Shown here one piece after another: positions 34,627-44,626 of a stretch of DNA of 64,000 bases. Both the position numbers and the translations under genes were made by a program. Under the pieces are notes generated by a model. The model was not told where the DNA came from. It was given only the letters and a program-made list of their open reading frames with translations, and searched no databases. Numbering within the stretch: the first letter of the stretch is position 1; every line of letters begins with the position of its first letter. The stretch is from Sulfuritalea sp. Its GTDB lineage: Bacteria > Pseudomonadota > Gammaproteobacteria > Burkholderiales > Rhodocyclaceae. Where the stretch lies: NCBI GenBank assembly GCA_023700805.1, contig JAMPYF010000004.1:9341-73340 (forward strand). Reading direction: 5' to 3'.

Positions 34627-36324
34627 TCAGCTGAGGCCCCAGACTTCGGACAGATACTTCCAATTCACGAAGTAGTAGAGCACGAAGCAGACCAGCAGCG
34701 TCATGGCCAGCACCACCGTGCCCGGCACGCCGATGTGCTCTTCGCTGCCGGTGTGGGATGCGGAAGACGCGGCGGACTGGTCGGGGATCGGCGTCGGCTT
34801 GTCGGACAGGGTGCCGCCGTCGAGCTTCTTGCCGAACAGCAGGGACCACACCACGAGGAAGATCCACAGGCCGCCGCCGATGACCGCGATCACGCCGAAG
34901 ATGCCGGTGAGACCCATCATCAGGTAGGCGGCGCCCGGCCATTCATACTGGAACGGTGCTCCGGAGAAGGCCATGTCCCAGTGCCGACGGGAGACGCCGA
35001 GGGTACCGGCGCCCATCATCACCAGGCCCAGCACCGACATGCTGATGCCGTAGAGGTAGGGCTGGATCTGGCACAGCTTGGGGAACATCATTTCACGCCT
35101 GAACAAGGTCGGCACCAGCAGGTAGGTGATCGACATGAAGGCCAGCGTGGTACCGACGACGACCGTGGTATGGAAGTGGCCCGGCACGTAGAAGGTGTTG
35201 TGCATCAGCATGTTGATCTGCTCGGTGCCCAGCACGACGCCGGAGATGCCGCCGAGGAAGCCGAAGCCGACCAGCGAGATGAACATGCCCGAGAACACCG
35301 GGTTGCCCCAGGGTGCCTTGCGCAGCCACTCGAACAGGCCGTTGGTGAAGCCCTTCTTGCGCTGTGCCGCTTCGATCGCGCCCGGAACCGTGAAGCCGTG
35401 GATCATCGAGGCGAGAACCGCGAAGTACATGAAGTAGGAGGTGTTCAGCACCTTCCACTCCGCGCTCATGCCCGGGTCGGACAGCAGGTGGTGCGCGCTG
35501 GCCAGCTGCAGGAACAGGATGTAGAGCAGGAAGGCGAAGCGCGACACTTTCTCGGACAGCGGTTTGGCGCCGAAGATCACGGCGGCCGTCAGATACCAGA
35601 TCGAGACGTGTGCGGCGACGTTGACCTGCTGCGAGGAGTGACCCAGCGCCCACCAGACCATGCGGTACAGCTGGGCGTCGATTTCCTTGATCCAGCCCAT
35701 CGACCAGGCGAAGGTCGGGATCAGGATCGCGGCGCCGGAAGCGATGGTGAATACCGCGATGATCGCCGCGGTCATGGCGCCGAAGGTGACCAGCGGCAGC
35801 GAACCGGTGTAGGTCTTGTCCTTCTTGGCCACTACCAGGGTGCCGAAGAACACCCCGGTTCCCAGCAGGGCGCCGACTGCCACCAGGATGATGCCCAGGT
35901 AGAAATGCGGCGCGGCCTGCATCGGCACGTAGGAGGTGAACATCACGGAGGACGAGCCCTGGAAGATGGCGACGTTGGTCATGATGCCGCCGACGACCAT
36001 CAGCCAGAATCCGAGCCAGGCCACTTTTGGAGTCGCAATCCGGCAGCGCAACAGGGTCGATGAGGCGAAGTAGAGCACCGCCATTTCGAAGAAGAGTATC
36101 CACAGGATCAGCATGTCGATGCCGTGGGCCGTCAGGATCAGGTAGAACTGGTCCGCCGGCAGCAGCTTGATCGCCGGCCAGCGGGTGAGGATCACCAAGA
36201 GGGCGGTGATGCCGCCCACCAGCAGCCAGAGCACGCCGGCTACGGCGTTCCAGCGCATCAGCTTGTCGGCATCGAGGTCGAACTGCAGCCCGGTGCGCGG
36301 ACAGGTACGGTAAGTAGTTGCCAT
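34627..36324 (-). CDS. B-family heme-copper subunit I, eNOR-type nitric oxide reductase
   Basis: All six His present (TAHG, GHSSQQ, AHH, GHFH); cross-linked Tyr position of HPxVY is Gln. Confidence 0.8.
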   Translation of the reverse strand: MATTYRTCPRTGLQFDLDADKLMRWNAVAGVLWLLVGGITALLVILTRWPAIKLLPADQFYLILTAHGIDMLILWILFFEMAVLYFASSTLLRCRIATPKVAWLGFWLMVVGGIMTNVAIFQGSSSVMFTSYVPMQAAPHFYLGIILVAVGALLGTGVFFGTLVVAKKDKTYTGSLPLVTFGAMTAAIIAVFTIASGAAILIPTFAWSMGWIKEIDAQLYRMVWWALGHSSQQVNVAAHVSIWYLTAAVIFGAKPLSEKVSRFAFLLYILFLQLASAHHLLSDPGMSAEWKVLNTSYFMYFAVLASMIHGFTVPGAIEAAQRKKGFTNGLFEWLRKAPWGNPVFSGMFISLVGFGFLGGISGVVLGTEQINMLMHNTFYVPGHFHTTVVVGTTLAFMSITYLLVPTLFRREMMFPKLCQIQPYLYGISMSVLGLVMMGAGTLGVSRRHWDMAFSGAPFQYEWPGAAYLMMGLTGIFGVIAVIGGGLWIFLVVWSLLFGKKLDGGTLSDKPTPIPDQSAASSASHTGSEEHIGVPGTVVLAMTLLVCFVLYYFVNWKYLSEVWGLS

Positions 36325-36336
36325 CTGTTTATCCCC

Positions 36337-36876
36337 TTATTTCACGTAAATACGGCCAAGCATCGTGTGGTGCCCGATGCCGCAGTATTCGTTGCAGACG
36401 ATGGCGTACGTGCCGGCCTTGGTCGGCGTCATCTTGACCACATGCTCATAGCCGGGAATGACCTGGATATTGATGTTGGTCGGCTGCAGCGAGAAGCCGT
36501 GGTTGTAGTCGACCGCCGACAGATGGATCTTGTAGGTCTTGCCGGCTTCCAGTTCCAGGATCGGATACCAGGCCCAGAGACGGGCCAGCAGGAAGGCCTC
36601 GCCATTGGCGTTCGGCTTGACCACCGGGATGTTCTGTTCCGTCTCGGTACGAATGGTGTTTTCCTTGACGAAGGCTTCGGTCTTCGCGGTAAACATTTCG
36701 GTCGTGGTCTTGTACACCTCGTTCGAAAGGTTCTGCTTACCGTTGATGTGCCAATAGACCATCATCACGAACATGATCATGGCCCAGACGAAGGCGATGC
36801 CGATCCAGGCCCATTCCTGGCCCGATATCGATTGTTTCCACCACAGCCGCTCTGAAGGCGGCAGGATTGCGCTCAT
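36337..36876 (-). CDS. subunit II with CuA centre
   Basis: Single TM; HGF and CNEYCGIGHHTM. Confidence 0.92.
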   Translation of the reverse strand: MSAILPPSERLWWKQSISGQEWAWIGIAFVWAMIMFVMMVYWHINGKQNLSNEVYKTTTEMFTAKTEAFVKENTIRTETEQNIPVVKPNANGEAFLLARLWAWYPILELEAGKTYKIHLSAVDYNHGFSLQPTNINIQVIPGYEHVVKMTPTKAGTYAIVCNEYCGIGHHTMLGRIYVK

Positions 36877-36903
36877 ATGATTCTCCCTGGTTGACTGGAT
36901 TGC

Positions 36904-37056
36904 TTACTTGGCGAGGGGGACACTCATGATGTCCACGATTCCCCACAGGATGTAGATGACTCCGGGAGAAGCAACTCCCAGGAAGAGGAGCAAGAAGTGG
37001 TTGTCCAGCAACTTCTGCATGAATGGAACATCGTCGTCGTCATTGTTATTCGCCAT
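36904..37056 (-). CDS. 50-aa single-TM small subunit (IIa-like), absent from ORF track
   Basis: Manual translation MANNNDDDDVPFMQKLLDNHFLLLFLGVASPGVIYILWGIVDIMSVPLAK*; GAGGG RBS. Confidence 0.8.
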   Translation of the reverse strand: MANNNDDDDVPFMQKLLDNHFLLLFLGVASPGVIYILWGIVDIMSVPLAK

Positions 37057-37154
37057 GGTTCTGCCCTCTAACGGTTGGCGCTGCAGCGCGCGGTGGATTC
37101 GAACTTACTGAAACTGATGGCGGCGATGGTATCCCGAGCACCCTTGTCGGACAA

Positions 37155-37168
37155 TTGATTCAGGACAA
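37155..37168. promoter_or_regulatory. FNR/DNR-like box upstream of the eNOR operon
   Basis: On the minus strand TTGTC-CTGA-ATCAA, about 100 nt before the first start codon. Confidence 0.65.
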
Positions 37169-37300
37169 GAAATCGCTGCGTCAGCAAAGGTTTCCATGCT
37201 GCGCCGCGACAAAACGCCGCAGCTGTTTGTCACTGCATTGCCGAGAACCTGCGGCCGCCCGCCCGTCGGTGCGGGACCAACGGACACCCCGGTGCGGCGG

Positions 37301-38251
37301 TCAGACGGTTTCCTGGGCTTCCAGCCAGTAGGCCAGACCCTGGGCGTTGAGCTCCAGGTCGAGATGCCAGATGTCGAGTATCTCCGCATCGCTGAGGCGG
37401 CAGCCGTGGGCATGGGCCTCCTTGAGCAGCAGCGCGGTCAGGCCGTCGCGGATGCGCGCCGTCTTGTCTTCGTCCCCACTGGCAGCAAGGGTAATCGCGA
37501 CGTACTGGTCGAGCAGCTCAAGTACCTTGCGGCCCAGTTTGGCGGGCGGCGCCAGGCGGCTGAAGTGAGTCAGATAGACCGCCTCGGGATTGAAGGACAG
37601 CATGCGCAGGATGGAAGCGCGCATTTCGTCCGGGTCGAACTGGATCGGCGTCGAGGAGGGGAAGATCAGCGGCCGGCCATCGACATCGAGCTCGCGGTAG
37701 GAAATGCCGAAGGTGTCGCCGGTGAAAATCCCGCTCGATTGCCGGTCGACGATCGCGATGTGGTGGCGGGCGTGGCCCGGCGCGTCGATGCAGAGCAGTT
37801 CGCGCGAACCGAGCCTGAGCACGGTGTTGTCGTGGGCCTCGATGATGCGCTCGGCCGCGATCGGGATCAGCTTGCCGTACATGCGCCGCGCCCGCTCCCG
37901 GCCGTAGACGCCCTCGACCCCGGCCATCAGCTTGGTCGGCTCGATCATGTGCCGCGCGCCGCGCGGATGCACCACCAGCCTGGCCTTGGGGAAGGCATCC
38001 ATCATGACGCCGGCGCCGCCGGCATGGTCGAGGTGGATGTGGGTCAGGATCACGTAATCGACGTTTTCCGGCCCCAGGCCGCGCGCCGCGAGCGCCGCCA
38101 GCGCCTGCGGCATGACTTCGAAGTTGGCGGTATCGACGAAGGCGGCGCGGCCTTCGCTCTCGATCAGGTGGATCGCGGCCAAGAGCGGCCGCACGTAGCC
38201 GGCATCGAAGGCGTAGATGCCGTTGTGGTAGTCGATCAGCGGAGTTTGCAT
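37301..38251 (-). CDS. MBL-fold metallo-hydrolase
   Basis: THIHLDHAGG, PGHARHH, FTGD. Confidence 0.9.
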   Translation of the reverse strand: MQTPLIDYHNGIYAFDAGYVRPLLAAIHLIESEGRAAFVDTANFEVMPQALAALAARGLGPENVDYVILTHIHLDHAGGAGVMMDAFPKARLVVHPRGARHMIEPTKLMAGVEGVYGRERARRMYGKLIPIAAERIIEAHDNTVLRLGSRELLCIDAPGHARHHIAIVDRQSSGIFTGDTFGISYRELDVDGRPLIFPSSTPIQFDPDEMRASILRMLSFNPEAVYLTHFSRLAPPAKLGRKVLELLDQYVAITLAASGDEDKTARIRDGLTALLLKEAHAHGCRLSDAEILDIWHLDLELNAQGLAYWLEAQETV

Positions 38252-38295
38252 GGAGCGTTGCACCGAAACATGGAGTCAGTCTTTGCGAAAATCCT

Positions 38296-38391
38296 TCACC
38301 ACCAAGACACCAAGGACACCAAGGAGCAACAAGCATTAACGCATCAAATGATCTTCTTGGTGCATCTTCGTGAACTTGGTGTCTTGGTGGT
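38296..38391. repeat. intergenic inverted repeat of CACCAAGACACCAAG units (copy 2)
   Basis: Arms match those at 23026-23127. Confidence 0.8.
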
Positions 38392-38407
38392 AAGGCCCTT
38401 GTCGTTC

Positions 38408-40033
38408 CTACTTCCTCCTTGCGGCACGGATCAGCGCTGCGCCGCGTTCGGCGATCATCACGGTCGGCGCATTGGTGTTGCCCGAGGTGATGGTCGGCAT
38501 GATCGAGGCGTCGACCACGCGCAGGCGGGCTATGCCGCGCACCCGCAGTTCGGAATCGACCACCGCGTTCGGGTCGTCGGCCCGGCCCATGGCGCAGGTG
38601 CAGGTCGGGTGGAAAATCGTGGTGCCGATGTCGCCGGCCGCCTTCGCCAGTTCCGCGTCGCTCTGCACCTGCGCGCCGGGCTGGTGCTCCTGCGGCCGGT
38701 AAGGCGCCATGGCCGGTTGCTCGACCACGCGCCGCGTCAGGCGCAGGGCGCGCGCGGCGACCAGGCGGTCGTTCTCGGTCGATAGATAGTTCGGCGCGAT
38801 GACCGGCGCCGTCGCCGGATCGCGGTCGCGGATCTGCACCACGCCGCGCGAAGTCGGGCGCAGGTTGCAGACGCTCGCGGTGAAGGCCGGGAAGGGATGC
38901 AAGGGGTCGCCGAACTTTTCCAGCGACAGCGGCTGGACATGGAATTCCAGGTCGGGCGTCGCCACCTCGGGTGAGGAATGGAAGAAGCCGCCGAGCTGGC
39001 TCGGCGCCATCGACAGCGGCCCCGAGCGGAACAGCGCGTATTCCAGACCCATCATGGCCTTGCCCCAGAGGCTGTTGGCGCGCTGGTTGAGCGTGGTGAT
39101 GCCCTGCACCTTGAAAATCATGCGCAACTGCAGGTGGTCCTGCAGGTTGCCGCCGACGCCGGGCAGCTCATGCAGCAGCGGCACGCCGCGGCTTTGCAGC
39201 AGCGCCGCGGGACCGATGCCGGAACGCTGCAGGATGGTCGGCGAGCCGATGGCGCCGGCCGTCAGCACCGTCTCGATGCGCGCCGTGACCTTCTGCGGCA
39301 CACCGTTCAGGCTGAACTCGACGCCGCGCGCTTCCTTGCCCGCCATGACCAGCTTGTCGATCAGCGCGCCGGTGACGACCTTCAGGTTGGGCCGGTGCCG
39401 CACCGGGCGCAGCATGGCTTTCGAGGCATTCCAGCGCACGCCCTTTTTTTGGTTCACCTCGAAGTGGCCGATGCCGAAATTGTCGCCGCGGTTGTAGTCC
39501 TGCTTGAACGGGATGCCGGCCTGCTGCGCCGCCTCGGTGTAGCGGTCGAGGATGTCCCAGTGCAGGCGCTGCTTCTCGACGCGCCATTCGCCCTGGTCGC
39601 CGTGCATGGCGTCGGCGCCGGCCCAGTGGTCTTCGCTGTGCTTGAACACCGGCAGCACGCTGTCCCAGTTCCAGCGCGAGTCGCCGGTGATCTGCGCCCA
39701 TTCGTCGTAGTCGCGCTCCTGGCCGCGCAGGTAGAGCATGCCGTTGATCGACGAGCAGCCGCCCAGCACCTTGCCCCTAGCGTAGATGATCGAACGGCCG
39801 TTGAGGCCCGGCTCGGCCTCGGTCTTGTAGCACCAGTCGGTGCGCGGGTTGTTGATGCACTTCAGATAGCCGATCGGGATGTGGATCCAGATCCAGTCGT
39901 CCGGCCCGCCGGCTTCGAGCAGCAGCACCGTGACCTCGGGATCGGCCGAGAGGCGGTTGGCCAGCACGCAGCCGGCCGTGCCGCCGCCGGCGATGACGTA
40001 GTCGAACTCGCCGAAGTCCTTTGCCGGCGTCAC
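38408..40033 (-). CDS. GMC oxidoreductase (3-hydroxypropionate dehydrogenase/choline dehydrogenase-like)
   Basis: [32 protein letters not shown]; GTG start overlapping the mmsA stop. Confidence 0.88.
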   Translation of the reverse strand: MTPAKDFGEFDYVIAGGGTAGCVLANRLSADPEVTVLLLEAGGPDDWIWIHIPIGYLKCINNPRTDWCYKTEAEPGLNGRSIIYARGKVLGGCSSINGMLYLRGQERDYDEWAQITGDSRWNWDSVLPVFKHSEDHWAGADAMHGDQGEWRVEKQRLHWDILDRYTEAAQQAGIPFKQDYNRGDNFGIGHFEVNQKKGVRWNASKAMLRPVRHRPNLKVVTGALIDKLVMAGKEARGVEFSLNGVPQKVTARIETVLTAGAIGSPTILQRSGIGPAALLQSRGVPLLHELPGVGGNLQDHLQLRMIFKVQGITTLNQRANSLWGKAMMGLEYALFRSGPLSMAPSQLGGFFHSSPEVATPDLEFHVQPLSLEKFGDPLHPFPAFTASVCNLRPTSRGVVQIRDRDPATAPVIAPNYLSTENDRLVAARALRLTRRVVEQPAMAPYRPQEHQPGAQVQSDAELAKAAGDIGTTIFHPTCTCAMGRADDPNAVVDSELRVRGIARLRVVDASIMPTITSGNTNAPTVMIAERGAALIRAARRK

Positions 40034-41547
40034 TTGTTCACCGGCATGACGAACTCGGGACCCTTCGATTCGGAACCCGGCCAGCGCTGCATGATGGCCT
40101 TGTAGCGCGTGTAGAAGCGCACGCCTTCCTCGCCGTAGATGTGGTGGTCGCCGAACAGGCTGGCCTTCCAGCCGCCGAAGGAATGCCAGGCCATCGGTAC
40201 CGGGATAGGCACGTTGATGCCGACCATGCCGACCTCGATCTTCTGGATGAAGGCCTGTGCCGTGCCGCCGTCGCGCGTGAAGCAGGCGACGCCGTTGGCG
40301 AAGCTGTGGCGGTTGATCAGCTCGACTGCCGCGGCGAAGGTCGGCACGCGCACCACGCAAAGCACCGGGCCGAAGATTTCCTCCTGGTAGATGCTCATTG
40401 CCGGCGTGACGTCGTCGAACAGCGTCGGGTTGATGAAGAAGCCTTCGGCCAGTTCGCCGGTGAGGCCCTGGCGGCCGTCGAGCACCAGTTTCGCGCCTTC
40501 CTGCACGCCGGCGGCGATGTAGCCGGCCACCTTGTCGCGATGCACGCCGGTCACCAGCGGCCCCATTTCGACGTTCGCCGCATCGCCAGCGCCAACTTTC
40601 AGCTTCCTCGCGCGTTCGAGCACGCGCGCCACCAGTTCGTCGGCGCAACTGCCGACCGCCACGGCGACCGAGATCGCCATGCAGCGTTCGCCGGCCGAGC
40701 CATAGGCGGCGCCGATCAGCGCGTCGGCGGCGCCGTCGAGGTCGGCGTCGGGCATCACCACCATGTGGTTCTTCGCCCCGCCCAGGGCCTGCACGCGCTT
40801 GCCGTGGGCTATGCCGTGGGCCTGGATGTACTTGGCGATCGGCGTCGAGCCGACGAAGGACACGGCCGCGACGTCGGGATGTTCGAGCAGCGCATCGACC
40901 GCTTCCTTGTCGCCCTGGATCACGTTGAAGGCGCCCGCCGGCAGGCCGGCCTCGCGCAGCAGTTCGGCGGCGAACAGCGAGGGCGACGGGTCGCGCTCGG
41001 AAGGCTTGAGGATGAAGGTGTTGCCGCAGGCCAGCGCCATCGGCGCCATCCACATCGGCACCATGAAGGGGAAGTTGAAGGGCGTGATGCCGGCCGCGAC
41101 GCCCAGCGGCATGCGCTGGCTCCAGTGGTCGATGCCGCCGCCGATGCCATGCGAATGCTGGCCCTTCAAGAGTTGCGGAATGCCGCAGGCGAATTCGATG
41201 ACTTCGAGGCCGCGCTGCACCTCGCCCAGCGCATCGGGCAGGGTCTTGCCGTGTTCGGCGGAGAGCAGCTTGGCGATGTCAGTCGAGTATTTGTCGACCA
41301 GGTCGCGGAACTTGAACAAGACCCGGGCGCGGCGCTGCGGCGCCGCGGAGCCCCAGTCGGCGAAGGCGGCGCGCGCGGCGGCGACGGCGCGGTCGACGTC
41401 GGCCCGGGTCGCCAGCGCGACCTGGCGCGCGACGCGGCCCTCGGCGGGATTGAACACCTCGCCGACGCGGCTGCCGGCGCCGGCATCGGCGTGGCCATTG
41501 ATCCAGTGGCCGACCAGGTCGGCGGCATTGATGAATTGGAGGTTCAT
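40030..41547 (-). CDS. mmsA: CoA-acylating (methyl)malonate-semialdehyde dehydrogenase
   Basis: [35 protein letters not shown]. Confidence 0.92.
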   Translation of the reverse strand: MNLQFINAADLVGHWINGHADAGAGSRVGEVFNPAEGRVARQVALATRADVDRAVAAARAAFADWGSAAPQRRARVLFKFRDLVDKYSTDIAKLLSAEHGKTLPDALGEVQRGLEVIEFACGIPQLLKGQHSHGIGGGIDHWSQRMPLGVAAGITPFNFPFMVPMWMAPMALACGNTFILKPSERDPSPSLFAAELLREAGLPAGAFNVIQGDKEAVDALLEHPDVAAVSFVGSTPIAKYIQAHGIAHGKRVQALGGAKNHMVVMPDADLDGAADALIGAAYGSAGERCMAISVAVAVGSCADELVARVLERARKLKVGAGDAANVEMGPLVTGVHRDKVAGYIAAGVQEGAKLVLDGRQGLTGELAEGFFINPTLFDDVTPAMSIYQEEIFGPVLCVVRVPTFAAAVELINRHSFANGVACFTRDGGTAQAFIQKIEVGMVGINVPIPVPMAWHSFGGWKASLFGDHHIYGEEGVRFYTRYKAIMQRWPGSESKGPEFVMPVNK

Positions 41548-41660
41548 GGCGGTCTCTTGATCGGGATTGGGGGATTGGAACTTGTCATTAGAGCGCGATG
41601 CCGGGACGAAATCCAATGAGTAATGCTTGCGCACGATATTTGCCGCGCTAATATCCAGGC

Positions 41661-42554
41661 ATGGACTTCAACCTGATCCGCACTTTCGTCACCCTCGCGC
41701 GCGAGGGCAATCTGACGCGCGCGGCGCAGCATCTGCATCTCTCCCAGCCGGCGCTGTCGCTGCAATTGAAAAAGCTGCACGAACAACTCGGCCTGGTGCT
41801 GTTCGAGCGCACGCCGCGCGGCATGCGCCTGACCCGCTGCGGCGAGCAGCTGCTGCCGGCCGCGCAGCGCGCGCTGGAGGCGTCGAGCGAACTGGTCAGC
41901 CTCGCGGCGGGCATCAGCGGCCAGGTCGGCGGCCGGCTGCGCATCGGCACCATCGTCGACCCCGAGTTCCTGCGCCTGGGGCCCTTCCTCAAGCGCCTGG
42001 TCGAATACCACCCCGGCCTCAGCACCGATCTCGCCCACGGCATGTCGGGCGCGGTGCGGCGCGAGGTGGCGGCCAAGCGCCTCGACGTTGCCTACACGCT
42101 CGGCGAGCCGGGCATGGGCGACGTGGATGCCGCATTCGACGTGTTGCGCCTGACCGGATTCAGTTACCGCGTCATCGCGCCGCCGGGCTGGCAGGAGCGG
42201 GTGCGCGGCAAGGACTGGAAGGAACTCGCGCGCCTGCCCTGGATCGGCACGCCCGAGGATTCGGTCCATCACCGGCTGCTCGCCGGCATTTTCAGGGAAG
42301 CCGGCGCCAGTCCGCGCATCGTCGCCCAGGTCGATCTCGAACCCTCGATGCTCGACCTGGTCAAGTCCGGCGTCGGCCTCTCGCTGGCGCGCGACAGCAT
42401 CGCCCTGCGCGCGGCGCATGCCGGTGGAATCGTGATTGCCGATCGCGTGGAGGTGCCGGCCGAGCTCGGATTCCTGTGTCTGCGCACGCGCCGCAAGGAG
42501 CCGGCGATCGCCGCCGCCTTCAGCGTAATCGGCAGCGTATGGAGCGCGGCCTGA
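41661..42554 (+). CDS. LysR-family regulator divergent from mmsA
   Basis: [25 protein letters not shown]. Confidence 0.93.
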   Translation: MDFNLIRTFVTLAREGNLTRAAQHLHLSQPALSLQLKKLHEQLGLVLFERTPRGMRLTRCGEQLLPAAQRALEASSELVSLAAGISGQVGGRLRIGTIVDPEFLRLGPFLKRLVEYHPGLSTDLAHGMSGAVRREVAAKRLDVAYTLGEPGMGDVDAAFDVLRLTGFSYRVIAPPGWQERVRGKDWKELARLPWIGTPEDSVHHRLLAGIFREAGASPRIVAQVDLEPSMLDLVKSGVGLSLARDSIALRAAHAGGIVIADRVEVPAELGFLCLRTRRKEPAIAAAFSVIGSVWSAA

Positions 42555-42572
42555 AATTTCCGCGACAATTCG

Positions 42573-42608
42573 TTGCGCGGTCGGGTTGCCTGTGGCACAA
42601 TGCGCGCC
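42573..42608 (+). promoter_or_regulatory. sigma70 promoter of tRNA-Asp
   Basis: TTGCGC-17-CACAAT followed by a GC-rich discriminator. Confidence 0.55.
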
Positions 42609-42617
42609 TTCCAACGC

Positions 42618-42694
42618 GGAGTGGTAGTTCAGTTGGTTAGAATACCGGCCTGTCACGCCGGGGGTCGCGGGTTCGAGTCCCGTCCACTCCGCCA
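42618..42694 (+). tRNA. tRNA-Asp(GTC)
   Basis: GGAGTGG...CCACTCC acceptor stem, anticodon GTC, TTCGA T-loop, CCA end; 77 nt. Confidence 0.97.
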
Positions 42695-42705
42695 ATAAAA
42701 TCGAT

Positions 42706-42733
42706 AAAAAACCGCCACTTACGGCGGTTTTTT
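42706..42733 (+). terminator. intrinsic terminator after tRNA
   Basis: AAAAAACCGCC-N6-GGCGGTTTTTT. Confidence 0.75.
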
Positions 42734-42785
42734 ATTTTCTGTGTTTTTTCGCAACAGCAATTCTGGTTGGTTTTTGCGCGTTCAC

Positions 42786-42848
42786 TGTTCCCGAATTGTT
42801 CCCGAAAATCCCCCGTTGTCCCGGCCTGAATGTTCCCGAATTGTTCCG
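42786..42848. repeat. TGTTCCCGAA direct repeats (possible integrase arm sites)
   Basis: Copies at 42786, 42797 and 42831, plus a partial copy at 42842. Confidence 0.65.
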
Positions 42849-42938
42849 CTTCAAGATAATGCGGTAACTTATCGGCATAACCGGACCTGCCCGTGAAAAC
42901 CTCTTGACGGGGACTCCTGAGGGCGATAACTTCACCTC

Positions 42939-43352
42939 GTGGATGCTCTTTCCCTCCTGTTCTGCAAGTCCCCAGCAAATCGTCGCGCCGAGCAGATGAT
43001 CTGGATCGTTGCCTCGATTGTGGCGGTGCTGACTGTCCTTGTCCTTGATGGCGATGCGCTGGTCGGTCTTTGGATCGCGATGAGCGTGGCGGCGTGCCTT
43101 CGTTATCGAGCCGCGGCTACAGCACATCGTCTGCGCTCAGCCAGCAACCACATCAATGGCATCGCGCTGCTGGCGATCCATGAAGGCAAAGCCCTGTCAC
43201 GGCGCATGGCGTCGCTGGCGCAATCCGTCGCTATCGCTGGCCAACGACGTACCGCCGCCGCCAGACAAGCTGCCTTTGCGCAGTTCGGCCTCACGCATTC
43301 CTGCATCGCCACTCGACTGCTCCCCATCCCCATTTCCGCTGCCCGGCGCTAA
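42939..43352 (+). CDS. hypothetical protein with hydrophobic N-terminus
   Basis: ORF only. Confidence 0.35.
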   Translation: MDALSLLFCKSPANRRAEQMIWIVASIVAVLTVLVLDGDALVGLWIAMSVAACLRYRAAATAHRLRSASNHINGIALLAIHEGKALSRRMASLAQSVAIAGQRRTAAARQAAFAQFGLTHSCIATRLLPIPISAARR

Positions 43353-43460
43353 GCCAGGGCGGAATGCGCAGTCATCACGCGGGAACTGCCCGCTGACCAC
43401 CCGAGCTGACGGGCATCTCAACGCTTCACACCGTCTCCCGCGAAATTCTCGGAGACAAGC

Positions 43461-43784
43461 ATGCTTCCATTTGATTTCGGTGGACGCCTCGCCATCCACC
43501 CTGGCGAAGCACTTTACATCGTCGGCTACAGCCGCACTCTCGAGGGCGGCAAAAAAACCGCTCGCAACCTGATGTCGCGCAACGCCTACCCGCTGCCCAT
43601 CACCCTGGTTGCCCGACAGCGCCGGGTTCTTGTCAGCGATGTCCTGCGCGCAGTCGGGATAGGCGAACCCGCCAGCAGCGGCCCTCAGGCGCTGGCTCCG
43701 CTGCAAGTCCCTGTCGCGGTCAAGCGCGGCCCCGGCCGGCCTCGCAAAGCGGCACAGATACGCGCGGTGGATCATGGGCAATGA
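43461..43784 (+). CDS. small DNA-binding protein (excisionase/AlpA-like) with AT-hook-like tail
   Basis: TARNLMSRNAYPLP...RRVLVSDV; KRGPGRPRK; GGAG RBS. Confidence 0.55.
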   Translation: MLPFDFGGRLAIHPGEALYIVGYSRTLEGGKKTARNLMSRNAYPLPITLVARQRRVLVSDVLRAVGIGEPASSGPQALAPLQVPVAVKRGPGRPRKAAQIRAVDHGQ

Positions 43785-44565
43785 CTCCATCACTGTCCGC
43801 AAGCGCCGCAAATGGTCGGCTGTCCCCGACGATGTTCTCGAAGATATCCGGCTCAGCCTGAGGGCACGTGCCGTTCTGGGATGGATGCTGGGCCGGCCCG
43901 ACGGCTGGGAAATCCAGATCGAGCACATGCTGCGCGTCCTGGGCCTGACGGAGTTTGTCTGGGCAGCCATCCGGACGGAACTCCAGCAGGCAGGCTATTA
44001 CCGGCAAACCAGAGTCCGCCAAGCCAACGGCACCATCACCTGGATCAAGGACGTTCTCGATCCGCCGGAGCCACCATCCCCGAGAGAATCAGGGATGGTG
44101 AAAACCATCCGTGGCTCCGCCGGGGATGGCTCAGCCGCGCGCGGTGCGGCCATGCATGGTTCCCTCGGGGATGTACCACCAGTAGTTGACCAGAATGAAA
44201 TACCACCACCACCTACCGCCTCCAAAGTACCTGTATCGAAGGTAATCAGCGGACCAACGGAGTCGGTGGTGGCGGTGGAGCTTCTCGATGAACTGGTGGA
44301 AGCGGCTTTCTGGAAAAGCCGGCAGTCCGGGAAATCCATCTGCAACCTGAACGGCTGGCGAGCCACGGTCAGAAAGCGTATTCAGGAAAAAGGCCCCAGC
44401 CCGGAAGATCGGGATTGCCTGAAGGAGTGGCGTGAAGCCATGAGCGCGCCGCCGCCAGCGGAAACGCCGGCAGTCGCTGAGGCGATCAATCCCGATCCGG
44501 AATTGCGAGAGCAACGAATGAGCATGCTCAATTCCGCCAGCAAAAAACTGAAGGGGCTGACGTGA
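43774..44565 (+). CDS. phage/plasmid replication-initiator-like winged-HTH protein
   Basis: DIRLSLRARAVLGWMLGRPDGW...ELQQAGY pattern followed by a low-complexity linker. Confidence 0.6.
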   Translation: MGNDSITVRKRRKWSAVPDDVLEDIRLSLRARAVLGWMLGRPDGWEIQIEHMLRVLGLTEFVWAAIRTELQQAGYYRQTRVRQANGTITWIKDVLDPPEPPSPRESGMVKTIRGSAGDGSAARGAAMHGSLGDVPPVVDQNEIPPPPTASKVPVSKVISGPTESVVAVELLDELVEAAFWKSRQSGKSICNLNGWRATVRKRIQEKGPSPEDRDCLKEWREAMSAPPPAETPAVAEAINPDPELREQRMSMLNSASKKLKGLT

Positions 44566-44626
44566 TCCCGAACCCATCCACAGACCTGATGTATCCGCAA
44601 TGTCGTTCCTACGGAGAGTTGATGCA

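Noticed and set aside
33655-36063. 802-aa plus-strand ORF and similar long antisense ORFs (16952-19150, 28360-30327, 2025-4079)
   Set aside because: Shadow or alternate frames of well-supported genes in high-GC DNA
41544-42695. 383-aa minus-strand ORF
   Set aside because: Antisense to tRNA-Asp and the LysR gene; shadow ORF
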